Shown here: positions 26,313 to 35,964 of the stretch, piece after piece | Position numbering within the stretch: position 1 is the first letter of the stretch | How the letters are laid out: every line of letters begins with the position of its first letter | Virus record (IMG/VR): IMGVR_UViG_3300002895_000002 | Location: 128,001 to 192,000 of that record | DNA: 64,000 nt | DNA from: a virus | Lineage: Duplodnaviria > Caudoviricetes | Reading direction: 5' to 3' (one strand) | Program-made: the position numbers and the translations under genes | The notes under the pieces: generated by a model | The model's database searches: none | Told to the model about the DNA's origin: nothing | Seen by the model: only the letters and a program-made list of their open reading frames with translations

Positions 26313-26875
26313 TTCTCATCTTCGAAGGTCCTGAGCGTTCTGGCAAAGGAACCCAGTCAATGATTTTCCGTGATATGTTCGCTATCCGGAGAATGCCAGT
26401 CCACTATCTCTATTACCCAAAATTCAACATCGCCGCGGAAAACTATAGCGGATATGCTTCAAATGAATTTAGGAGCATGTTCCGACTAATGACCATGGCG
26501 GTTGAGAACAAAATGAACCTCATTTTGGACCGGGCTCACCTTAGTGAATGGGTCTACGGCCAGATCTATCGTAAGTATATTCCTGATTTTATATGGGACC
26601 ATGAACAGCAGTATCTCGAGAACGATCTGGCAATGAAGAACACATACCTTGTGACCTTCTACGCGGCACCGGAAACGTTAATCAACCGGGACGACGGCCT
26701 TAGCTTTACCACAAGCCTGGACAAAGAAACTGCTCTCACCAACAAGCAACTCGAGCTGGACCTGTATAGTGATTGCTTTGAGCGAACCAAGTTTCGCAAC
26801 AAAATCAGATTGAATAGCGACTGTAATACAATCAGTCTACTCACCGGAAGAATCAAAGAATTCGTAGGAATGTAA
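26309..26875 (+). CDS. Thymidylate/dNMP kinase-like protein
   Basis: IFEGPERSGKGT P-loop; LDRAHLSEWVYG. Confidence 0.8.
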   Translation: MILIFEGPERSGKGTQSMIFRDMFAIRRMPVHYLYYPKFNIAAENYSGYASNEFRSMFRLMTMAVENKMNLILDRAHLSEWVYGQIYRKYIPDFIWDHEQQYLENDLAMKNTYLVTFYAAPETLINRDDGLSFTTSLDKETALTNKQLELDLYSDCFERTKFRNKIRLNSDCNTISLLTGRIKEFVGM

Positions 26876-26884
26876 GGAGAACAA

Positions 26885-27276
26885 ATGAAGATCAGAGAGT
26901 TTTCCAAAACATCTTCGAAAAGAAACGTGAGCTTCGGAGAACCATTGCTTCCCTTGAGAGCATCATTGATTCCAAGGTAGAGATCATCGATGAGCTCAAG
27001 CGGCAGGTCAGTGAAGCACAGGAAGCCCTTTCCAAGAAGTACGAGGACTGGGCCGATGAAGCAGTGATCGACTTTGAAGGGCTGAAGGTCGTCAGTGTGG
27101 AACGGTTCTACCGTGAAAATGCTGACATGCCGAATACCACCATCGGTTATTGGGGTGTGGACGGTGACGGGAACCCCAAGATGAAGGAGTGGATCCTGTG
27201 GATCTCCCCTGAAGAGCACAAGAAGATCGCCGCTGATTTCAGAGCATATCTGGCTAAGAAAGGAGCAAACGAATGA
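26885..27276 (+). pseudogene. Hypothetical protein with a one-base frameshift (T4 run at 26900-26903)
   Basis: AAGGAG plus ATG 26885; adding one T gives MKIREFFQNIFEKKRELRR..., continuous to the stop at 27276. Confidence 0.6.
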
Positions 27277-27995
27277 AAGACGAAGCACTGTTCAAGGAGA
27301 AGGTTGACGAGTTTGCTGTTCTACGTATCGAGCGAGGTGAGCAATCGTCCCGACTGAGTAAGACCGCCAAGCTGGCAAAGAACCTGATTGGGATGAAGGG
27401 GTCCGACTACAAGAAGATCACCAACATCATCTATTCCACCACGCCGGCTGCAAAAGAGCGGGCTGACAAGAAGAACACCAGTAAGAAGAAGCCGCTCACC
27501 AAGCTGGAAAAAGCGGCTGAGCAATTTGCTGAGCTCTACTCCCAGCTCACTCTCCTAGGCGAGGGTAACCGACTTGAGCTGCTCATGGCCAACAAAGGTG
27601 TGAAGATCGAGGCCGCATTCGAAGGTGCTCTCACCGACAAGTATGAGCTCCGCAAACCCAGTGAGAAGACCGAGGAGCTCTGGGAAGAGCTGATGGGTGG
27701 TGAAGAGATCCCCGCAACAACCCAAGAAAGGGCCAAGTGTCTGATCAACGCCGGCCTGGTGTGTCTCAACGATGTTGCTGAGATCTCTGACAAGATGAAC
27801 AAGGAGATTCTTGAAGAAGCGGCTGAGGACTGTGGTGTGATCAAGAAGCACCTTGTCAAAGCAGTTGGTCTCCGGGTCAAAGCAATCAAGAAAGGGGAGG
27901 ATGTTATCCCTGAAGCAGTTGACGCAATCTCGTCGGACGCGGAACAACTCTGTGAAACCCTCTCGGCAATGATTCCGGGAGAGAAAGAAGAATAA
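27273..27995 (+). CDS. Putative dsDNA-binding protein with two DsbA-like helical repeats
   Basis: Two segments follow the T4 DsbA pattern (long helix, xAKxxxG, short helix); lies near gp33/gp32 as dsbA does in T4. Confidence 0.4.
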   Translation: MKDEALFKEKVDEFAVLRIERGEQSSRLSKTAKLAKNLIGMKGSDYKKITNIIYSTTPAAKERADKKNTSKKKPLTKLEKAAEQFAELYSQLTLLGEGNRLELLMANKGVKIEAAFEGALTDKYELRKPSEKTEELWEELMGGEEIPATTQERAKCLINAGLVCLNDVAEISDKMNKEILEEAAEDCGVIKKHLVKAVGLRVKAIKKGEDVIPEAVDAISSDAEQLCETLSAMIPGEKEE

Positions 27996-27998
27996 GCC

Positions 27999-28223
27999 AT
28001 GAACACCAAGGATGCAAAGCATCTGGACCTGCCGCAGCTCAAGTCACGTCTCCGCGGTACCGACTATGCACTCATCCGGTCAGTGGAAGACATCGTAGAT
28101 GCACTCGTGAAAGCAGGGATCCTCAAAAGATCCCTGCTGCCCGAGGATGTCTGGGATATCATCGAGGAGCGCAAGGAACTCCGCACAAAGATCAGGGAGA
28201 TTGTTGATGCCAAAAATCCATGA
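27999..28223 (+). CDS. Hypothetical protein
   Basis: 74-aa ORF in the operon. Confidence 0.6.
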   Translation: MNTKDAKHLDLPQLKSRLRGTDYALIRSVEDIVDALVKAGILKRSLLPEDVWDIIEERKELRTKIREIVDAKNP

Positions 28224-28244
28224 ATAAAAAATGACATATTTCTG

Positions 28245-28279
28245 TGTGTATCTCATAAATACCTATGGAGGGATACACA
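28245..28279 (+). promoter_or_regulatory. RBS-sequestering hairpin with a late promoter in the loop
   Basis: TGTGTATCTC/GGGATACACA stem; TAAATA at 28256-28261; covers the RBS and the A of ATG 28279. Confidence 0.75.
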
Positions 28280-28959
28280 TGAAAAATAAAACTCATAAAC
28301 ACCACATCATACCAAAGCATTCCGGTGGAGGGGATGAACCAGAAAACCTTATTGAACTAACAGTAGAACAACATGCACTGGCACATCTAAAATTATTTGA
28401 ACAGAATGGTAATCCTAAAGATTATTGTGCATATAAACTTCTTTCTGGCCAAGGAGACAAATTCTTTGAGACTGCATCGTTGGGTGGAAAAATACAAGGA
28501 GCAATAAACCGTGATTCTGGTCACATGAATAGAATTAGGTTATTGGTTGATGAAGAAAAAAGAATAGCCAATGCGAAAAAGACAATGTTTGAAAGAAGAA
28601 ATAATTGTTTTCTCGATCCAGAAAAAAGAAGAATATGTCAGTCAAAAGGTGGAACAATTGGTGGAAGAAAAAATGCTGCGAGCGGCCACCTAAAAAGAAT
28701 ATCCGTGGAATCAGCAAAAATAAGATCCGAAAAAATGAAAAATAGAATTCTGATCAACAATGGTAGTGAAACAAAAATGATACCTGAGAGTGATTTCGAT
28801 CTCTATCCTGGATGGAATAAAGGAAGACACACTGAAGGAAATAATAAGAATACAATATGGATCACAGACGGAAACAAAAGAAAAAGAATCAAAAAAGACA
28901 CTGATATTCCCGAAGGCTGGTCTGCGTGCAAAGTTGACATTATGCAGGTTTCGTGTTAG
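28279..28959 (+). mobile_element. Free-standing HNH homing endonuclease
   Basis: HKHHIIPKHSGGGDEPENLIELTVEQHALAH; repeated WIxxG..RI..PEGW NUMOD-like modules; AT-rich. Confidence 0.85.
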
Positions 28960-28962
28960 AAT
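28934..28962 (+). promoter_or_regulatory. Sigma70-type promoter
   Basis: TTGACA-17-TAGAAT inside the 3' end of the HEG. Confidence 0.7.
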
Positions 28963-28985
28963 GAAGTATTAGAAGGGAGATAGCA

Positions 28986-29204
28986 ATGAATGAATTAAAC
29001 GATAACCAAATGGTTTTGTATCTCAAGAAGACTGGAATACCAGTCATTGTCGATCTAGGCGAGATTTCTGAGGACGGTGAGATACCCATCGAGATTCAAC
29101 TGGAAGACAAACACAAACACCTGCTGGATCAAGCCCTTACAGAAGTTCAGGAAGTAATTCAGCTGATGCTCAAAGAAATGGCGGAGGACCTTGAAAATGC
29201 TTGA
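28986..29204 (+). CDS. Hypothetical protein
   Basis: GGGAG RBS; 72 aa, acidic. Confidence 0.65.
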   Translation: MNELNDNQMVLYLKKTGIPVIVDLGEISEDGEIPIEIQLEDKHKHLLDQALTEVQEVIQLMLKEMAEDLENA

Positions 29205-29442
29205 CGGAATCTCCCTAAAGATCGAAGAGATGGCAAAAGAAAACGGTGGGAGTTACATGGAGGCAGTTCTGGATTTCCAGGAGCAACATGAGATTCCTGA
29301 CGTGGAGGACATCACAGAAAACCTTCATAAGAACATCATCGAGAAGCTCAAGGAAGAGATCATCAGAAAGAACTTCCTGGGCAAAGACAGCAAGTTCTAT
29401 CAGGAATCGAAAGCAATCCCTTCCGAGTTTTTCGAGGACTAA
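29197..29442 (+). CDS. gp33: Late-promoter co-activator
   Basis: SLKIEEMAKENGGSYMEAVLDF..IIEKLKEE matches the gp33 pattern; upstream of gp32. Confidence 0.8.
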   Translation: MLDGISLKIEEMAKENGGSYMEAVLDFQEQHEIPDVEDITENLHKNIIEKLKEEIIRKNFLGKDSKFYQESKAIPSEFFED

Positions 29443-29445
29443 TCC

Positions 29446-29691
29446 ATGCACATCAAACCAAACTCCGAACTGGCTATGAAGTGGGCTCACTTTGGTGGCT
29501 CCTTGGGTGGTAAGATCATGGAGCTCAGACAAATGAACTACATCCTGTCGGGTGGAGTAGAAATCACTCCAGAAGGTCTTGAGAAACTCAAGAATCGGTT
29601 GGACCGGCTCAATCGAGAGCTCGTTATGCTCTGCAAAACCACCCCAGAAAAACTCAATGATCTAGTTGAACAAACGAAGGAGCACCTGTGA
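29446..29691 (+). CDS. Hypothetical protein
   Basis: 81-aa ORF in the operon. Confidence 0.6.
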   Translation: MHIKPNSELAMKWAHFGGSLGGKIMELRQMNYILSGGVEITPEGLEKLKNRLDRLNRELVMLCKTTPEKLNDLVEQTKEHL

Positions 29692-30659
29692 TCCATAATC
29701 CCCTCATTATCAGTCACTACGACCTTGATGGTGTTGTCTCTGCCATCTGTATGAAGAATGCTCTAAGAAAACTGGGACACGACGCTCCAGTGACTTACCA
29801 GAGCTACAAGAAAGACGACCAGCTCGTTGATAATCTCATCACTGAGTTTACTGGTCAGAAAAAGACCATCTTCTTCCTTGACTATAGGCTTGGTCTTCCT
29901 TACATCAAACAGTTACTCACTGAGCCTGAGTTCGTTGTGATTGTTGTTGATCATCACGAGTGGGAAGATCATGAGGTCACAGAGTGTCGTGATCTGGAGA
30001 AGACCGGCAGATTCCGTTTCCGGTGGGATAAGAGCAAATGTGGTGCTGAGCTAACTCAAGAAATGACCCGAGCAATGGGCCAGTATGACCCAGATCTTGA
30101 TTTCCTGGTCTACTGTACTCGGGTTTATGATCTGTGGCTGACTGATGAGCCCGAGTTCAAAGACCATTCCTTGGCCCTAAATGAGATGTTCTGGGAGCTC
30201 AAACCAGAAGGGTTTATTCATCAGTTCGATTGTGGATACTTTGGTCACCTCTCACCAATCTGTGCTGAGATCTGGCGGAAGTTTGATGATACCCGGGAAG
30301 AATACATGGCCAAAGCAATGGAAGGGTCAATGCAGTATACTTTCCCTACCGAGAAGAAGGTTCTCATCATTGGAACCCCTGAACCAAAATTCACCAACCT
30401 CTTTACTATCTACCACCCAGAGTTTCATTATTTCTTTGTGGTGAAGAGCTACAATAAAGACAACACCGTGTCTGTCTCTATTCGTATTCGTGAAGGAAAC
30501 ATGACTGTCCAAGACATTGTTGATCTGGCCAGGAAACACGTTCCGGAGATGATTGGTGGTGGACACAAGAATGCTGGTGGAGTTACTATTCCTGCTTCCA
30601 TCGAACCGGGGGATTTCTTTGAGATGATAATCGACGAGATGGAGCAGGATGGAGCGTAG
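29688..30659 (+). CDS. DHH/DHHA1-family phosphoesterase or exonuclease
   Basis: SHYDLDG, VDHH, GGGHKNAGG motifs. Confidence 0.85.
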   Translation: MIHNPLIISHYDLDGVVSAICMKNALRKLGHDAPVTYQSYKKDDQLVDNLITEFTGQKKTIFFLDYRLGLPYIKQLLTEPEFVVIVVDHHEWEDHEVTECRDLEKTGRFRFRWDKSKCGAELTQEMTRAMGQYDPDLDFLVYCTRVYDLWLTDEPEFKDHSLALNEMFWELKPEGFIHQFDCGYFGHLSPICAEIWRKFDDTREEYMAKAMEGSMQYTFPTEKKVLIIGTPEPKFTNLFTIYHPEFHYFFVVKSYNKDNTVSVSIRIREGNMTVQDIVDLARKHVPEMIGGGHKNAGGVTIPASIEPGDFFEMIIDEMEQDGA

Positions 30660-30723
30660 TTATCTTGAAGAAAATCTCAAGATTTGATAAATAATAGTAC
30701 AAAATTAAACAGTTTAACAAAAT

Positions 30724-30752
30724 TTGACAAAATAATCAAGACATAATAATAT
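30724..30752 (+). promoter_or_regulatory. Sigma70-type promoter for gp32 (late promoter GATAAATA also at about 30686)
   Basis: TTGACA-17-TAATAT. Confidence 0.65.
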
Positions 30753-30828
30753 ACTTTTATCAACCCGAGACAAAACCTCGGTAAACCCCAGAACCCTGCG
30801 AAGAGCAGAGGAGAAAGAGAGCAAAACA

Positions 30829-31857
30829 ATGGCCGCACCACGTAAGTTCGCATTCGACTTCAACGCAGTAAAGGACCGCATCCAGAAGGACGACGCCAAG
30901 AAAGGCTACCAAAAGGATGAGCGGTTCTGGACACCCACCAAGGACGCTGAAGGTAACGCGTTCGCTGTAATCCGTTTCCTCCCTGACATGAACGGCAACC
31001 CCTTCATCAAGTATTACGCTCACTCGTTTGACTATCTGAAGAACGGCGAGAAGAAATACTGGATCAAGAACTGCATTAACACCTTCGGGTATGAGGAAGA
31101 ATGCCCCATCTGCAAAAAGAACATGACCCTTTGGGACTCCGCCTTTGAATCCGACAAGAAACTCGCCGGCAAGCAGGGCCGCAAGCTCCACTACGTCTCG
31201 AACATCCTGATTGTCAACGACACCAACAACCCGGAGAACAACGGTAAGGTCATGTTGTTCCGGTACGGTAGGAAGATCTACGAGAAGATCAAGAAGCTCA
31301 TGTTCCCTACGGAGCAGGACCTGGCAGATCCGGATTTCGTATCCTACGTTCCTTTCGACTTGTACGAAGGGGCTGACTTCAAGCTCAAAGTCAAGAAGCA
31401 GGGTGACTTCCCGAACTACGACGACTCCTCTTTCGCTCAGCGTCAGACCCCGGTAGCAAAGGGTGACGACGACGCCATCGCCGCCATCATGGAGAAGACA
31501 GTCGTTCTGGACGAGTTTCTGGATCGCAAGCTGTATCCGGAGAATGATGAGACCATCAAAGTTCTCGGTGAGTATCTGAATATGGTCGTTCCCGAAGTGG
31601 CCGACAAGAACGACGAGCCGGCTGCTGGTGAGGAACCGGCGTTCGGTTTCCAGGACAATGAGCCTGAGCCTGCCAAGCCGGCTGAGAAGAAGAAAGAGCC
31701 GCCTGTCAAGGTCAAGATCGATCCGGCTGCTGGGGAAGATGACGACGTCCCGTTTGACGGCGGGAAGAAGATTGAACCCGCTGTTGAATCTGCTCCGGCT
31801 GCATCCAACGACGACGATCTCGACTCCGACGCTGAGTTCTTCAAGACCCTCCGATAA
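30829..31857 (+). CDS. gp32: Single-stranded DNA-binding protein
   Basis: DERFW, AVIRFLP, NNGKVMLFRYGRKIYEKI, PFDLYEGADFKLK, PNYDDS; acidic tail ending FFKTL. Confidence 0.95.
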   Translation: MAAPRKFAFDFNAVKDRIQKDDAKKGYQKDERFWTPTKDAEGNAFAVIRFLPDMNGNPFIKYYAHSFDYLKNGEKKYWIKNCINTFGYEEECPICKKNMTLWDSAFESDKKLAGKQGRKLHYVSNILIVNDTNNPENNGKVMLFRYGRKIYEKIKKLMFPTEQDLADPDFVSYVPFDLYEGADFKLKVKKQGDFPNYDDSSFAQRQTPVAKGDDDAIAAIMEKTVVLDEFLDRKLYPENDETIKVLGEYLNMVVPEVADKNDEPAAGEEPAFGFQDNEPEPAKPAEKKKEPPVKVKIDPAAGEDDDVPFDGGKKIEPAVESAPAASNDDDLDSDAEFFKTLR

Positions 31858-31876
31858 CATCAGCTCGGAATAAAAC

Positions 31877-31910
31877 AGAAAAGGGAACTGGGAAACCAGT
31901 TCCCTTTTCT
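31877..31910 (+). terminator. Intrinsic terminator after gp32
   Basis: AGAAAAGGGAACTGG-GAAA-CCAGTTCCCTTTTCT. Confidence 0.9.
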
Positions 31911-31938
31911 TGTGATAAATATCGAAGAGGAATTCGAC

Positions 31939-32331
31939 ATGGCTAATAATGATCTATACTTCTTTGATTTGATGAAGACAGGACGTAGCTATTCTGGGTC
32001 TAAGGACGTTGCTATCATCGCTAATACCAATGCTGTGATTGAATCCATTCATAATATTCTGTTGACAGAGCCAGGCGACCGGCCAATGAACCCAGAGTTT
32101 GGCATTGCTCTGTCTCGGTACCTGTTCGAGCCGATCGTTGATTATGTTGCGAAGTTTATGGCAGATGACATTACCAAAGCTCTAACAAGGTTTGAGCCAA
32201 GAATCAAAGACATCAACGTAACAGTGGATGCTCTACCCGACTTAAATACGTTCGACATCACCGTTTCGTTCTCAATCGCATACTCAGCAGAAACACTTAC
32301 TGCTGAGGTCCGCCTCAATAAAATCAGGTAA
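31939..32331 (+). CDS. gp25: Baseplate wedge / sheath initiator
   Basis: SIHNILLTEPGDRPMNPEFG..YLFEP..FEPRI. Confidence 0.92.
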   Translation: MANNDLYFFDLMKTGRSYSGSKDVAIIANTNAVIESIHNILLTEPGDRPMNPEFGIALSRYLFEPIVDYVAKFMADDITKALTRFEPRIKDINVTVDALPDLNTFDITVSFSIAYSAETLTAEVRLNKIR

Positions 32332-32343
32332 GATAGGTGAAAC

Positions 32344-35300
32344 ATGATTTTCGCTCTTAACTCTCTCCGCTATGAAGATGTTCGTCAACAGGTTGTAGAC
32401 TTCCTGAAAGATCGGGGTGAATACAACGCAGAGTTTGACTATGAAGGGTCGAACTTGGCGTATGTTATTGACACCATGGCCTACGTGACCATGCTGATGT
32501 CGTACATGCTGAGCCAGGATGCAAACAACCGCTTCCTTGATACAACTGAGATCAGAAAGAATGCGGTGTCCATTGCAAAGACCCTTGGATACCGGCCGCT
32601 CAGAAAGAAGGTTGCACGGTTCATCGGCACCTTTGTGTACCAAGGGAATGGGTTTGATTCCACTTCCCAAGTCACGATCGCACCAAAGAGCATTTTCAAG
32701 GCTGGATCAAATCAGTACGTCAACCTCGATCCTGTTGTTTGTTCATACTCTTCTGCCACCGAGTTGAAAGGCGACTTCGCTCTGCTCCAAGGTGAGTTCA
32801 GAGAGATAAGGGTTTTTGGTAATGGTGAAGCTCTTCAGTCAATCGTTGTTCCTTCCCTCAACGTTGCTGAAGACTATCTCAAGGTCTACATCAAGAACAC
32901 AGTTGACGGCGATGATACAAAGGTAGAGTGGACCTACGCCAAGACCTTCTTTGACAGTACCCAGGAAAACATCTTCTTCGTTGAGGAAGACAGGGTCAAC
33001 GAAGGCATGCCGAAGATTGTTTTCGGTAACGGTATCGTTGGCAGGATCCCGTCCCAGACAGAGACCATCATTATCGAGTGGCTCGAAACCAAAGGTGCTT
33101 CTGCCAACGGGGACAAGACCTTCGTACTGCCGATTGAAGACGTCCCTGGGTCCATCTACACCGCAGTCAACGCAGGCATCTTTAGCAAGAATAATTTCCG
33201 GACCCCGTATATCCCACCGTCTTCCTCTTCATATGGTGGAACGGACCTCGAGACCCTGGAAAGTATCAAATCAAACGCTCCGATGTACTACGCAGCGGCC
33301 GGCCGAGGTGTTACAGCGAACGATTACAGGACCCTTGGCAAGGAATTCACAACCATCGAGCATTTCAACGTTATCGGTGGTGATGAGCTCTTCCCGGGTG
33401 ATATTACTAAACTCGGAAATACCTACTTCACTGGCATTCCGAAGTTGACCGATCCGTTCCTGAATAATGATCGGCTTTACTTGACTGAGATGGAGGAGCT
33501 TGAGGTTCTGGCTAGAGCCAAGGACGTTGGTATCATAGCAACCCAGAAATTCTTTACCAAGCCGAGCTATGTTTTCCTTGATGTGACACCGTATGTTGAA
33601 CTCAAGCAAAACATCTCTGCGAATGACAGCATTGTGATCAAGTCCAACGTTGTTGACAACCTGAACAGCCATTTTAGCACTCGGTATGCTGCTCCTGGTG
33701 TTCCATTCCGTGAGTCCAAGCTCAATGCAGCCATAGACAATACGGAAGGGGTCATTTCGTCATACAGCACGATCAGCTACTCCATGGTGCTCAATTACGA
33801 CTCGTTCTACCTGACCAAGGAGAACAGACTCTACTTCCCGGTTATTGCTGTTCGTGAGCCGTCCGGGCGGATTGTTCCTGGTGAGTTCACAAACTTCGTG
33901 AAGATGAACTCCCAGATCGTTGAAGAGTCAAATGGCCAGTACACGATCTTTGATCTTCCTCCGGCTCAGTGTTCTGTGTACGGACCGATTGAAGAGATTG
34001 ATGGTACTCCATATCAAAAGGTTCGTTATCTCTACAATAACGATGCGGTTGAAACAGAAATCTTCCAGGTTCGGGAGCTGTCAAACAACACGTTGTCTAT
34101 CGTTCCTAAGCAGTTCCGGAGCCAGACTGGCGACTATGTTATGCCGATGATGACTCCAGGTGGGTCTGGGTGGAATATATCTTTTGATAATGATCCAAAC
34201 AACTTTGTTGCAACCATCGACTTCACTGTTAATCCGCCACTCATTCAGGAGCTAACCATTGACGGTCATGTTCAGGTTCTGGATGACTTTGGTGTCATCA
34301 CTGTTGATGGTAACTACCTTGCAGTCACTCAGGTTGCGAGTGGTTCTTCATACTACTGGTCCATCCACTTTGTGATCGCCAGTGATATTACCAACATCAA
34401 GGTAAGCTCTGAGATACCAGCATTTACCTTTACCAATTCGAGCACGGTTACTGGACAATATATCCCAGCTGATAAGGTTGCAAACAACACAGATCCAATC
34501 AACGACCAACAAGCAGCCATCTACATTAACACCGGGTCTGCGTTCATGTGGGATGTTGATGCAACCAATGATAGCACCCTGCCAGATCCAGTTGCTAACG
34601 CGAGCAAGATCTGTAGGGTTGTGGTCCCAGGTAACTTCCCGAACAGCTTGATTGCGGATACCACAATCGACTATCGCAAAGGGGATTGGCTCTACGTTAA
34701 TGCTGGAAAGTGGACTAAGGCCAAATTCCAAGGAACCCTCGACGCTTCTGTGGACCCGCTCCCGCTCCATGTTGAGCACGGAGATGTTGCGAACGACAGT
34801 GGGTCGTATGTCGTATATGATACCTCTGATCCGTCAAGCCCATGGAAGCCGGTTGTTCTCAATGCAACCCAGCTCTCAGGTCTGTACGATTTCCCGAAAC
34901 AGAGGGAAGATTGGACCTATCAGCTCTGCATCACGGAAGAAGAGGTTGGGCAAACCGCACAGAGCGTTGCTGACATAACTGGTCTGACTCTTACGGTAGG
35001 GGATGTGATCTACTTTGAGCCGGCCCCGACTAGCGCATGGGTCAAAGCAGATGCCAACCCCACATATACCATCGACCCGAACAGTGTTGGTCTGCTTCCT
35101 AACCCAGCACTGGTAACGGGTAAGGTCTACACCTGCACCGACCGTGGAGCGTTCACCGCATACAACGCAGCATGGTTCAAGGACGGCGTGAGACCGACCG
35201 TTGACTTGGACGATAAGATCATCTCTCTGGATGGTGTTTGGGTCTGGCTGGATCCGGCAGATATGAGCTACAACCTGGATGCACGGTATGCTCAAAACCT

Positions 35301-35964
35301 ACCGATCCCGTATACGTTCGGATCGCTGTTTGATGTATCAGAAACCGGCGACTTCAACGGGTATTTCTCTGAGGATATCCAAGACACAGACCAGCTCATC
35401 TTCACAGGTGTATGGGAAGTTTTTGCTGAGACTTTTCCATCAATCCCAACCATTCCGAACGGGCAGATCTACCAGATAGTGAAGACAGGCGATCTTGGAA
35501 CAGCAACCACCTACTATGCTGGGGACCATATCGTATCATACAACGCATCGTGGGTCAAGGTCGAACCGTTCAGCGTTGTTATTACCAACACCGGTTTGGT
35601 GGACATTAACAGCGACCCGGTTCTTGACTGGTCGATGGCAGCAGACAAGACCTTTACCTATACTGTAAAGATTAAGGATATCTTTGATGGTGCTGTTGTT
35701 GGTCAACTCAACTATCTGACCGGTGAGTGTCTGTTCAACCAAACGATCACGGGTCATACCTCAATGAACACGACAGTGACAACACAAACCAACGATCTGT
35801 TCTCTCTGTTCAATACAAACACCAGCGACTATAAGATGGCTCTGTTCCGTCTCATCCCAGTTGACAAAAACAACGGAGACCCAGAGACTGATTTTGATAC
35901 TGGGTACAACCAGGTTGTGAAGGCAAGAGTGAACCCAACAAGAAACAAGAGTGAGCTACAATGA
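32344..35964 (+). CDS. gp6: Baseplate wedge subunit, extended (1206 aa)
   Basis: FDYEGSNL..., KNAVSIAKTLGYRP, IVFGNGIVG, RGVTANDY; long beta-rich C-terminal extension. Confidence 0.85.
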   Translation: MIFALNSLRYEDVRQQVVDFLKDRGEYNAEFDYEGSNLAYVIDTMAYVTMLMSYMLSQDANNRFLDTTEIRKNAVSIAKTLGYRPLRKKVARFIGTFVYQGNGFDSTSQVTIAPKSIFKAGSNQYVNLDPVVCSYSSATELKGDFALLQGEFREIRVFGNGEALQSIVVPSLNVAEDYLKVYIKNTVDGDDTKVEWTYAKTFFDSTQENIFFVEEDRVNEGMPKIVFGNGIVGRIPSQTETIIIEWLETKGASANGDKTFVLPIEDVPGSIYTAVNAGIFSKNNFRTPYIPPSSSSYGGTDLETLESIKSNAPMYYAAAGRGVTANDYRTLGKEFTTIEHFNVIGGDELFPGDITKLGNTYFTGIPKLTDPFLNNDRLYLTEMEELEVLARAKDVGIIATQKFFTKPSYVFLDVTPYVELKQNISANDSIVIKSNVVDNLNSHFSTRYAAPGVPFRESKLNAAIDNTEGVISSYSTISYSMVLNYDSFYLTKENRLYFPVIAVREPSGRIVPGEFTNFVKMNSQIVEESNGQYTIFDLPPAQCSVYGPIEEIDGTPYQKVRYLYNNDAVETEIFQVRELSNNTLSIVPKQFRSQTGDYVMPMMTPGGSGWNISFDNDPNNFVATIDFTVNPPLIQELTIDGHVQVLDDFGVITVDGNYLAVTQVASGSSYYWSIHFVIASDITNIKVSSEIPAFTFTNSSTVTGQYIPADKVANNTDPINDQQAAIYINTGSAFMWDVDATNDSTLPDPVANASKICRVVVPGNFPNSLIADTTIDYRKGDWLYVNAGKWTKAKFQGTLDASVDPLPLHVEHGDVANDSGSYVVYDTSDPSSPWKPVVLNATQLSGLYDFPKQREDWTYQLCITEEEVGQTAQSVADITGLTLTVGDVIYFEPAPTSAWVKADANPTYTIDPNSVGLLPNPALVTGKVYTCTDRGAFTAYNAAWFKDGVRPTVDLDDKIISLDGVWVWLDPADMSYNLDARYAQNLPIPYTFGSLFDVSETGDFNGYFSEDIQDTDQLIFTGVWEVFAETFPSIPTIPNGQIYQIVKTGDLGTATTYYAGDHIVSYNASWVKVEPFSVVITNTGLVDINSDPVLDWSMAADKTFTYTVKIKDIFDGAVVGQLNYLTGECLFNQTITGHTSMNTTVTTQTNDLFSLFNTNTSDYKMALFRLIPVDKNNGDPETDFDTGYNQVVKARVNPTRNKSELQ

